A stretch of 32,000 nucleotides of DNA from an uncultured Opitutales bacterium. GTDB lineage: Bacteria > Verrucomicrobiota > Verrucomicrobiia > Opitutales > UBA9783. This document shows, piece after piece, positions 24,742 through 32,000 of this stretch (positions are counted from its first letter, which is position 1; each line of letters begins with the position of its first letter). The notes beneath the pieces are model-generated. The model had not been told where the DNA came from. It saw only the letters and a list, made by a program, of their open reading frames with translations, and did no database searches. The stretch covers positions 60,001 to 92,000 of the forward strand of contig CAKUSQ010000001.1 of the NCBI GenBank assembly GCA_934691225.1, in the 5' to 3' direction. The position numbers were made by a program, and so were the translations under genes.

Positions 24742-25219
24742 TTTTTAAACTTTCAAAAATTGTATCAAGCTTGTGCTGATAAACTTGCACCTGTTCAAAG
24801 TTTTCTATCCGAAGATACGCTTGCAAACGTTTCCTTAAAAATTGAATGCGCGGCTTATAACTTTCACCCACTTGCTTTTTAGCAGGAATTTTCCCAAAAT
24901 GAACAGAATTGTTTTTAAATCCATCCACCAAAATATTATCTAACAACTGATAACATTCGCAGCAACCTACACGCGCATTTTGCTCTATCCACTCTTTGGA
25001 ACAACCACATTTAGGACAAATATGTTTAGAAAAAACAATCCCTACGGGCTTTGATGGTAAATTTTCTATTAAATCATAAGCACGTCGTGACAAATTAATG
25101 AAACAATTAGCATGTTTACTGCACAAATAAGCATCTCGCATATTCCCATTAACATCAATGTTCATAATACGCATAGATGCTTCTAAATCACATTGACAAC
25201 ACGTTCTATTCATCATCAT
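24722..25219 (-). CDS. mcsA: McsA-like zinc-finger / UVR-domain protein
   Basis: There are two Cys clusters (CCQCD...LCSKHANC and CPKCGCSKEWIEQNARVGCCECY). HFGKIPAKK follows, then a C-terminal UVR-like helix (IQFLRKRLQAYLRIENFEQVQVYQHKLDTI). This is the layout of McsA, the activator of the McsB protein-arginine kinase. Confidence 0.7.
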   Translation of the reverse strand: MMMNRTCCQCDLEASMRIMNIDVNGNMRDAYLCSKHANCFINLSRRAYDLIENLPSKPVGIVFSKHICPKCGCSKEWIEQNARVGCCECYQLLDNILVDGFKNNSVHFGKIPAKKQVGESYKPRIQFLRKRLQAYLRIENFEQVQVYQHKLDTIFESLKNASIDF

Positions 25220-26144
25220 TTAACCATGATTCTGCTTCTAAAGCTGCCTGTGCTCCCATACCGCTAGCAATACACGCTTGACGATAAAGCGCATCCACAC
25301 AATCCCCAGCTGCAAAGACACCTGGTATGCATGTACAAACAGACTTTTCTTGTATTTTTATATAACCTTTTTCATCCAAAGGCAAAAAATCCTTAAAATT
25401 CTGCGTATTAGGTTTCCAACCAATCGCTAAAAACACACCTTTGCAACACAATTGCCTTACACGATTTTCAATGATTTCTTTAACAATAACCGCAGTGATA
25501 CAACCACTTTCATCTGTCTCAAATCCTTGAGGCACACTGTTCCAAACCATTTCTATTTTTGGATTATTAATAACACGCTCCGCCATAATTTTTGAAGCCC
25601 GCAACGCATCACGTCGATGAACCATGTAAACCTTTTGGCACATTTTACTAAGGTACAAAGCTTCCTCACAAGCGGAATCACCACCACCAATCACACACAC
25701 AATTTCATCTCGATAAAAAAATCCATCGCACGTCGCACAAACACTCAAGCCTTTTCCCCCTAACAGTGCACGTTCTTGCGGCAAATTTAAAGTATTAGGA
25801 TGCGAACCAGTAGCTAAAATAACAGCTTTACTTTTTAATGTTTTACCACCTGCTAATTCCAATACTTTCCATGCATGATCCAAAGTAATGCGCTGAACAA
25901 TTCCAGAAATGAATCTAACTTCAAAACGCTCTGCCTGTTTTCGCATACGTTCCATCAATTCAAAACCCTGAATACCTTCTGGGAAACCTGGGAAATTTTC
26001 CACTTCTGTCGTTTGTGTGAGTAAACCTCCTGGCAAATCTCCTTCTATTACCACTGGATTTAACTGAGCTCTAGCCGCATAAATGGCTGCTGACAAACCT
26101 GCACATCCACTTCCTACAATGATAACTTTTTCAGGCTGACTCAT
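25206..26144 (-). CDS. trxB: Thioredoxin-disulfide reductase
   Basis: The start was moved from 26273 to ATG 26144 (MSQPEKVIIVGSGCAGLSAAIYAARA). Supporting motifs are the redox CATCDGFF, VIGGGDSACEEA and GVFAAGDC. Confidence 0.95.
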   Translation of the reverse strand: MSQPEKVIIVGSGCAGLSAAIYAARAQLNPVVIEGDLPGGLLTQTTEVENFPGFPEGIQGFELMERMRKQAERFEVRFISGIVQRITLDHAWKVLELAGGKTLKSKAVILATGSHPNTLNLPQERALLGGKGLSVCATCDGFFYRDEIVCVIGGGDSACEEALYLSKMCQKVYMVHRRDALRASKIMAERVINNPKIEMVWNSVPQGFETDESGCITAVIVKEIIENRVRQLCCKGVFLAIGWKPNTQNFKDFLPLDEKGYIKIQEKSVCTCIPGVFAAGDCVDALYRQACIASGMGAQAALEAESWLNDDE

Positions 26145-26194
26145 AACGTATTTAATACAATACTTTTTTGCACATCTGTCAAATATTTTTCCTG

Positions 26195-27904
26195 TTATGA
26201 CACATGTGGATGCCAATCGATTAGTTGCAATTGTATAGAACGCGCTGTTTGCCAATAGGACCAACCACAACATACCGCTAAATCCACAGCTTGCCCCGAA
26301 GAAATTCCGCTATGACCTAAACCCCAACCAATCACAGAAAAATTGTTCAATTTAAACCTCAAATGAGTTCCTTGTTGTCCAAAGCGTTCAATATCCTCAC
26401 CTAAAATGACATTTTCAATAACAAACACAGGCATTTCATTTCCTTGCCCAAACGGTGCAAGTCTATCCATATTGTTCAAAAATTGCGATGTCAATTTCTC
26501 TAAACGCATGACTGCTGCAATATTTAAAGTAGGTTCCGGTAAAGACGCAGGAAAAATTCTCTTTAAATAATCATTAAAAAAATCTTCCACAGCTTGAATT
26601 TTATTAATTTCTATGCTCAAACCAACCGCAGCTGGATGACCGCCCCACTGAGCAATTAACGACGACGCACCCGAAAACATTTCTACCAGATTAACTTCTG
26701 GAATGCTTCTTCCAGATCCTTTTGCTTTACCTTCATGTAAGCCTAGCACAAAAACTGGACAATTAAATTTTCGACTTAACTTACCCGCAACAATTCCAAC
26801 TACTCCCACATGCCAATCTTCTTTGTACAAAACATAGGCCCAACGATGTGGCCGTGCTAAAATCATCGCTTCCGCTTCCTTCACAATATTTCGTTCGATT
26901 TTTTGCCGCTCACCATTGAGATCATTCAATGTTCCAGCCAATTGTTGACACAACGCTTCATCGTCACTTATCAATAATTGATAAGGCATATCTGCAGAAT
27001 CCAAACGACCACTCACATTAATTCTAGGAGCTAATTTAAATGAAACATCTTCCACGTTAAGCGGAAAATTAAGGTTACATCCAGAGACTTCAAGTAATTT
27101 TTTTAGTCCAATAAGTTGCGTTTGCACCATCTCACGCAAACCAAAGTACACCCACAAACGATTTTCATCGCGCAATGGCACTAAATCTGCAACCGTACCC
27201 AACGCTACTAAATCTAAAAAATGCCGCAACCGCATTTCCAGAGCAGGTTCATATTTTTCACTCTTTAATCGTTTTAACCACGCATGTACCCACTTAAAAA
27301 CTAACCCAACCGAACATAAATTTTGCGAAGATTTTGAATGTAAATGGGGATCAACATGCGGATTAACAACAATAGCTTTTGGCAATTTTTCACAATTATG
27401 TTGGTGATGGTCTACCACAATCACTTGAATTCCAGCAACATTTAATTTTTCAATGGCCGCAATTGAGTTGGTACCGCAATCCAACGCAATTAAAAAATCA
27501 AAAGAAGCATTCGATAAAATGCGATCCACTAATCGCTCTGTTAACCCATACCCTTCTGTATCACGATTAGGGAAAAAAGGACAAAAAGTAAAACCTAATG
27601 CATCAAAGCAACGCTTCATTAAAGCCATACTTGTGATACCATCCACATCATAATCGCTTACAATAGCTATCTTTTGATTTGCTTTACAAACAGCATCGAT
27701 ACATTCAACTGCTCGTACTAAATTTTGGATCTTATTCGGATCTTCTACATCTTTCAATGTAGGAACAAAAAAAGACATAAATTCCTTCTCATCAGCAAAT
27801 GAAAGCTGTGAAATTAAATTTACAACTTCTTTTGGCAAATGCAAAACCTCAGCACATGAATTTAACCATGGATGAGATTTTTGCTCTTTTAAAACCCAAC
27901 GCAT
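26195..27904 (-). CDS. recJ: Single-stranded-DNA-specific exonuclease RecJ
   Basis: DHH-family motifs are present (VSDYDVDGITS, DCGT, VVDHHQ), along with DHHA1 GGHPAAVG. The size is 569 aa. Confidence 0.95.
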   Translation of the reverse strand: MRWVLKEQKSHPWLNSCAEVLHLPKEVVNLISQLSFADEKEFMSFFVPTLKDVEDPNKIQNLVRAVECIDAVCKANQKIAIVSDYDVDGITSMALMKRCFDALGFTFCPFFPNRDTEGYGLTERLVDRILSNASFDFLIALDCGTNSIAAIEKLNVAGIQVIVVDHHQHNCEKLPKAIVVNPHVDPHLHSKSSQNLCSVGLVFKWVHAWLKRLKSEKYEPALEMRLRHFLDLVALGTVADLVPLRDENRLWVYFGLREMVQTQLIGLKKLLEVSGCNLNFPLNVEDVSFKLAPRINVSGRLDSADMPYQLLISDDEALCQQLAGTLNDLNGERQKIERNIVKEAEAMILARPHRWAYVLYKEDWHVGVVGIVAGKLSRKFNCPVFVLGLHEGKAKGSGRSIPEVNLVEMFSGASSLIAQWGGHPAAVGLSIEINKIQAVEDFFNDYLKRIFPASLPEPTLNIAAVMRLEKLTSQFLNNMDRLAPFGQGNEMPVFVIENVILGEDIERFGQQGTHLRFKLNNFSVIGWGLGHSGISSGQAVDLAVCCGWSYWQTARSIQLQLIDWHPHVS

Positions 27905-27913
27905 TAATGGTTA

Positions 27914-30388
27914 TTAAATTTTTTGAAAAAACTTTCTCTGCGCCCTTTTTATATCTCCTTTATTCAAATAATAAAAAATTGGGGAAGCAATAAAGACAGA
28001 TGAAAAAGTTCCTACACATACACCTATTAAAAATATCAACGCATAATCTCCTACGACTCCCGAACACATTAAGTAAAGTACAAACGCAGGAACAAGTGTT
28101 GTCAAACTCGTCATAAAAGTTCTAGACAATGTCCGACTTATAGCTATATCAATGACCTGTCGTAATCCTAGAATATCACTTTTTTGTAATTCTTCTCGAA
28201 TACGATCAAAAACAATAATCGTATCATTAATAGAATAACCAATTACCATCAACACCGCTGCGACCATAGGTGCTGTAAATTGATGCCCTAACATAGCATA
28301 CAAACCTATGGTAATAAAGGTATCGTGTGCTAATGCCATCACAGCGCTGACACCATAACTAAATTCAAATCTGAATGCTACATACATTAACATAATAATC
28401 AATGCAATAATCACAGAAAAAATTGAATTCTTTTGCACCTCTGAACTGACCGATGCTCCCATCTTATTTTTTGCTACACATTGCAATTCAGCTTCTGGAA
28501 ATTTATCCTGCAACATTTTGAAAACCTGAGAGCTTTTTCCAGTTTCGGTTTGTACTTTCATTAAAATCATGTCACTTTCAGCATTTTTTTGATGAACTGC
28601 ACTTACCTCTCCTAATTGTGCTACCTTAGCTAAATTGCAGACCTCCTGACAGTCCAATTGAACAGATGAATGAATTACTATTTCCTCACCTCCAACAAAA
28701 TCAATGCCTAAAACATGTTTGCCTCGATACACTAAAGCCAAAATGCTGCACAAGAATAATACCCCTGAAATATAAAATGCCACTTTTCTACATTTCATAA
28801 ACTTGAATACCCTTCCATTAAGAATGGAATCGCATGGCCAAGTGATTATATTGATGCTATCAAAATATTCAAGCAAGCTGCGATTAAAACACAATACCGT
28901 AAACAAAGTTGTTACAATACCAATGGCTAAGGTTACGCCAAAACCTTTAACAGAACCCGTACCAAGCCAAATTAACAAACATGCCGTTAATAAAGTAGTA
29001 ACATTTGAATCAAAAATCGCTACAAATGCCTTCTCATGCCCTGAGCTAAGCGCTTTTGTTAAATTATGCCGTGCGCGCATTTCTTCACTGACACGTTCAT
29101 AAATAAGAATATTAGCGTCTACAGCCATACCAAATGTCAAAGCTAAAGCTGTAATGCTCGGCAACGTAATAGTCACCCCTAACATGACCCAAGCTATAAT
29201 AATAAATGCAAAATTCATCACTAAGCCCACAGAACCAATAGCTCCTGCTTGCTTGTACACTAAAATCATCAATCCAAACACCAATATTGTACTAAACAAA
29301 GCAGCACTATAGGTAACGCTTTTAAGCCCCGAAGCTAAAGAAGGACCTACCTCATAAACTTCAACTAAATCCAACTCAAATTCAAGCGGATTATTTAATA
29401 CATTAGATAATTCTATAGCTTCACGTTGAGTAAAATGACCTGAAATACTCGCCTGCCCACCTGTGATTTCCGATTGAATTACGGGTGCAGAACATACCTT
29501 TCCATCAAGGACAATTGCTAAACGTCTATGCAAATTTTGGCGTGTAATGGTCGCAAAACGCTCTGTACCTTCCCCCGTCATTTGCAAACTAATTTCGTAT
29601 TTTCCATAAGAATCCACCATCGGATGTGCTTCTTTTATGGCTTTACCCGTCATTTCAGGAATCTTTTTAACAACAATAGGGTATTGCACTTCTTTTCCTG
29701 CTTCATCTTCATGCGTGATAAACAATTTTTCGTACCCTAAAGGAATGGGATCACCTTCTTTAATATTATCATTAACCAGCTTAAAATCTAATTTGGCCGG
29801 TTTTTTCAGAGCATAAACAATATCCGGATTAGATTCTAAAGAAACTCCCGGCAATTGAACTTCTATATTTCCGTAGCCTCGAGGACGCACAATAGGTTCA
29901 GCCACCCCTAAAGCATCAATACGACTCAAGATCACTTCCACAGCTTTTTGCACCAATCGCTCTCGTTCAAAGTCAGATTTTCCAACCAATACCTGCTGAT
30001 TAATTTCCAGTGAAAAAGCAACTCCGCCTTTTAAGTCCAAACCTTTCTTGAAAACACTGTGCGATTTTGCTAACAAATGGCGCAATAAAATTTGATTCTT
30101 TTTATCAATATTTTTAATATCGGCGATGTTAAATTGTGTAAAATATTTACTTAAATCCAAATGCCTCTCATGACAAAGATTCAATAATGCGGACATCAAA
30201 TGAGGTTCTTCTTTAGCATCAACTTTAGATTGCGCATAATCTATCAAAACATCAAACTGATTTTTATTTTCCCTCACTTGAGAAATTAAATAACGATCAA
30301 ACGGTATATCATCCAAAGGACTCAAGTAAAAAAGCCCTATGACAAAAAGCACAATTGTAACAACAAAACGATACCCACGTGCACTCAT
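27914..30388 (-). CDS. secDF: Fused protein translocase subunit SecDF
   Basis: This 824-aa protein has a SecD periplasmic domain and six TM segments (GLDLKGG, LGPSLA, ...FGMAVDANILIYER). A SecF half follows (GIDFVGG, ...GYSINDTIIVFDRIRE). Confidence 0.95.
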   Translation of the reverse strand: MSARGYRFVVTIVLFVIGLFYLSPLDDIPFDRYLISQVRENKNQFDVLIDYAQSKVDAKEEPHLMSALLNLCHERHLDLSKYFTQFNIADIKNIDKKNQILLRHLLAKSHSVFKKGLDLKGGVAFSLEINQQVLVGKSDFERERLVQKAVEVILSRIDALGVAEPIVRPRGYGNIEVQLPGVSLESNPDIVYALKKPAKLDFKLVNDNIKEGDPIPLGYEKLFITHEDEAGKEVQYPIVVKKIPEMTGKAIKEAHPMVDSYGKYEISLQMTGEGTERFATITRQNLHRRLAIVLDGKVCSAPVIQSEITGGQASISGHFTQREAIELSNVLNNPLEFELDLVEVYEVGPSLASGLKSVTYSAALFSTILVFGLMILVYKQAGAIGSVGLVMNFAFIIIAWVMLGVTITLPSITALALTFGMAVDANILIYERVSEEMRARHNLTKALSSGHEKAFVAIFDSNVTTLLTACLLIWLGTGSVKGFGVTLAIGIVTTLFTVLCFNRSLLEYFDSINIITWPCDSILNGRVFKFMKCRKVAFYISGVLFLCSILALVYRGKHVLGIDFVGGEEIVIHSSVQLDCQEVCNLAKVAQLGEVSAVHQKNAESDMILMKVQTETGKSSQVFKMLQDKFPEAELQCVAKNKMGASVSSEVQKNSIFSVIIALIIMLMYVAFRFEFSYGVSAVMALAHDTFITIGLYAMLGHQFTAPMVAAVLMVIGYSINDTIIVFDRIREELQKSDILGLRQVIDIAISRTLSRTFMTSLTTLVPAFVLYLMCSGVVGDYALIFLIGVCVGTFSSVFIASPIFYYLNKGDIKRAQRKFFQKI

Positions 30389-30396
30389 TTTTAAAC

Positions 30397-30714
30397 TTAC
30401 TTAGATTTTGTATCGGACAATTTAGCTTGAATAAAACTTTTATGAAGTTCCACTTTTGAATCACCTGTTTTAATAATGACGCGATCTCCTTTAACCTGAA
30501 CAATAGAACCCATGATCCCAGCTGTTGACATAACTTCATCGCCCTCTTTCAATGCAGCCAGCATTTTTTCTTGGGCTTTTTGACGTTTCCTTTGCGGAGC
30601 AATTAATAAAAACCAAAAAGCTAAAAAGAAAAAAAACATCATCATAAGAGATGAAGCGCCACTACCAGCCACAGGTACTTGATCACACAATACAAAATTT
30701 CTAAAGTTCAACAT
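30397..30714 (-). CDS. yajC: Preprotein translocase subunit YajC
   Basis: FFFFLAFWFLLIAPQRKRQKAQEKMLAALKEGDEVMSTAGIMGSIVQVKGDRVIIK is the YajC pattern. It lies directly upstream of secDF. The start may be at an internal Met near 30645. Confidence 0.9.
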   Translation of the reverse strand: MLNFRNFVLCDQVPVAGSGASSLMMMFFFFLAFWFLLIAPQRKRQKAQEKMLAALKEGDEVMSTAGIMGSIVQVKGDRVIIKTGDSKVELHKSFIQAKLSDTKSK

Positions 30715-30784
30715 ATCATCATATATAAAAAAAATTTCTAAACCTTGGCAAGCTTGTTTTCAACTTTTATCAATGATTAACAAA

Positions 30785-31372
30785 CTACTCCATCGCACGC
30801 TTATTTTTAAAAATCTTTCTCAAAATAGTTTCTACAGAATCATCTGCCTGAATATCCATTTTTATATCATCCAGCAAACTTTCAGCCTGCTTTCGACCAT
30901 ACCCCAACACCACCAAGGCATCGATTGCATCTCGACATGCCGCAGAAAACGTTGAATGTACTACAGTGGTTGGAATTTTTTTAAGATAATCCTGAAGCTC
31001 TAAAATAAGACGTTGCGCTGTTTTCTTACCAACCCCAGGACACTCTGCTAAACGCTCAACATTTTGGTTAAAAATAATAGCACACAGATCATTCATGCTA
31101 AAAAAACTTAAAAGTTCAAGCGCCAATTTAGGTCCTACGCCTTTAACTTTTTCAACTAAAAGTTTAAAAAAATTCCTCTGTTCTATATCCTTAAACCCGT
31201 ACAACTGCTGACTATCTTCGCGATAAACAGCGTACGTATAAAATCGATACGTTTGTTGAACTTTATAAACATGCGGATTTTTTACAAAAACTTCATACCC
31301 TACCCCATTTACATTGAGTATAACATCATTTGAACCACTACTTTCTAAAATTCCTTCTAAAAAAGCAATCAT
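30785..31372 (-). CDS. ruvA: Holliday junction DNA helicase subunit RuvA
   Basis: MIAFLEGIL...VILNVNGVGYEV is present, with HhH motifs (VKGVGPKLALELL, CPGVGKKTAQRLILEL). The size is 195 aa. Confidence 0.95.
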   Translation of the reverse strand: MIAFLEGILESSGSNDVILNVNGVGYEVFVKNPHVYKVQQTYRFYTYAVYREDSQQLYGFKDIEQRNFFKLLVEKVKGVGPKLALELLSFFSMNDLCAIIFNQNVERLAECPGVGKKTAQRLILELQDYLKKIPTTVVHSTFSAACRDAIDALVVLGYGRKQAESLLDDIKMDIQADDSVETILRKIFKNKRAME

Positions 31373-32000
31373 AATAAAACATCTTCCATATTAAATAATC
31401 CACAAGACTGCTTTAAACTCCAAACAGCTGCTGAAAGTGCACCTTCTGCGAATACAGAACGGTCTAATACAGAATGTTTTAATGTTAAAACTTCATTTTC
31501 ACCAGCCAAAACAACACTATGCTCACCACGAATTCCACCTCCACGATGCGATAAAATAGGTATAGCAACATCGGATGCACATGTCTTCTTTATATCCTGC
31601 TGTAAGGTCTTAGCTGTACCGCTTGGACAATCTTTTTTACTTGCATGATGCGACTCAAAAATAGTTACATCAAATCCATGTATAGATGGCAAAGCACGAA
31701 GCAATTTCCTTAAAATATGGATACCTACTGAAAAATTCGTGTCATATACAACCGGTACACATGTGCTTAATACTTTTAATTGTTCCATTTGATTCTGAGA
31801 TAAGCCTGTCGTGCCCATCACCAATGGACATTGTCGCTGACGAACCTCATTAATAACGGTTTCAAAAGCACTTGCATGTGAAAAATCGAGCCAAACGACC
31901 GATGTTTCTATCGTTTTACCTTTTAGTAATTTAAAATCGTACAAAGAACCACTAAAAAATAAATGAGCCAAACGACGCAACGTTTGACCCATCTTACCAT
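31369..32000 (-). CDS. dapB: 4-hydroxy-tetrahydrodipicolinate reductase (5' end beyond the window)
   Basis: The DapB signature is ESHHASKKDCPSGTAKTL (ExHHxxKxDxPSGTA), and MGTTGL is also present. The N-terminal Rossmann region is missing, so the gene continues past 32000. It overlaps ruvA by ATGA. Confidence 0.9.
   Translation of the reverse strand, partial: GKMGQTLRRLAHLFFSGSLYDFKLLKGKTIETSVVWLDFSHASAFETVINEVRQRQCPLVMGTTGLSQNQMEQLKVLSTCVPVVYDTNFSVGIHILRKLLRALPSIHGFDVTIFESHHASKKDCPSGTAKTLQQDIKKTCASDVAIPILSHRGGGIRGEHSVVLAGENEVLTLKHSVLDRSVFAEGALSAAVWSLKQSCGLFNMEDVLL

Noticed and set aside
26177-26182. A perfect -35 hexamer (TTGACA on the minus strand) in the recJ-trxB spacer, considered as an internal promoter.
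   Set aside because: No acceptable -10 occurs at 16-19 nt spacing. The best candidate is TGTATT, which lacks the critical A at position 2. It is left unannotated.
1-32000. CRISPR arrays, IS elements/transposases, integrases, reverse transcriptases, rRNA, and long direct or inverted repeats.
   Set aside because: None were seen on reading both strands. Intergenic space is too limited, with the largest gaps being approx 150 bp at 7273-7425 and approx 100 bp on either side of the tRNA. No ORF has transposase, integrase or RT motifs.

Overview
This is a visibly AT-rich, very gene-dense bacterial window with about 31 CDS, one tRNA, and no rRNA, CRISPR or transposase. Short gaps or overlaps join most genes into long same-strand blocks (+ 11429-23161, - 23170-32000). 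Most content is housekeeping: rpmI-rplT-pheS, fabD, lepA, alaS, trxB, recJ, yajC-secDF, ruvA, dapB, pssA and tRNA-Arg(ACG). Several traits suggest a reduced, probably host-associated member of the PVC group (Verrucomicrobia/Chlamydiae-like). These are the AlaS N-terminus ([38 protein letters not shown]), a fused SecDF, a McsA-like protein, prepilin-type proteins, type III secretion parts and the near absence of Shine-Dalgarno sequences. This taxonomic call is inference, not a search result. Seven accessory observations stand out. (1) A stand-alone three-gene cassette at 21386-23161 copies the size and order of the Yersinia yopN-tyeA-sycN type III secretion gatekeeper module, with no apparatus genes nearby. 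(2) A PPi-phosphofructokinase-family protein has substitutions in all four catalytic/substrate motifs, so it is a likely pseudoenzyme. (3) A McsA-like gene lacks mcsB and instead overlaps an orphan RelE/ParE-fold gene by 20 nt. (4) A fragmentary type II secretion/type IV pilus set (pseudopilin, then F-, L/MN- and M/O-like genes) has no ATPase or secretin in the window. (5) Promoters sit exactly 6 nt upstream of start codons, implying leaderless mRNAs. (6) An exported nucleosidase lies next to the tRNA. (7) OleC-like and OleD-like genes are unlinked. I found nothing I can defend as a complete, wholly novel multi-gene system. The gatekeeper cassette and the mcsA/RelE-like pair are the best leads. 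All homology calls come from motif recognition by eye and from memory of reference sequences, not from searches.
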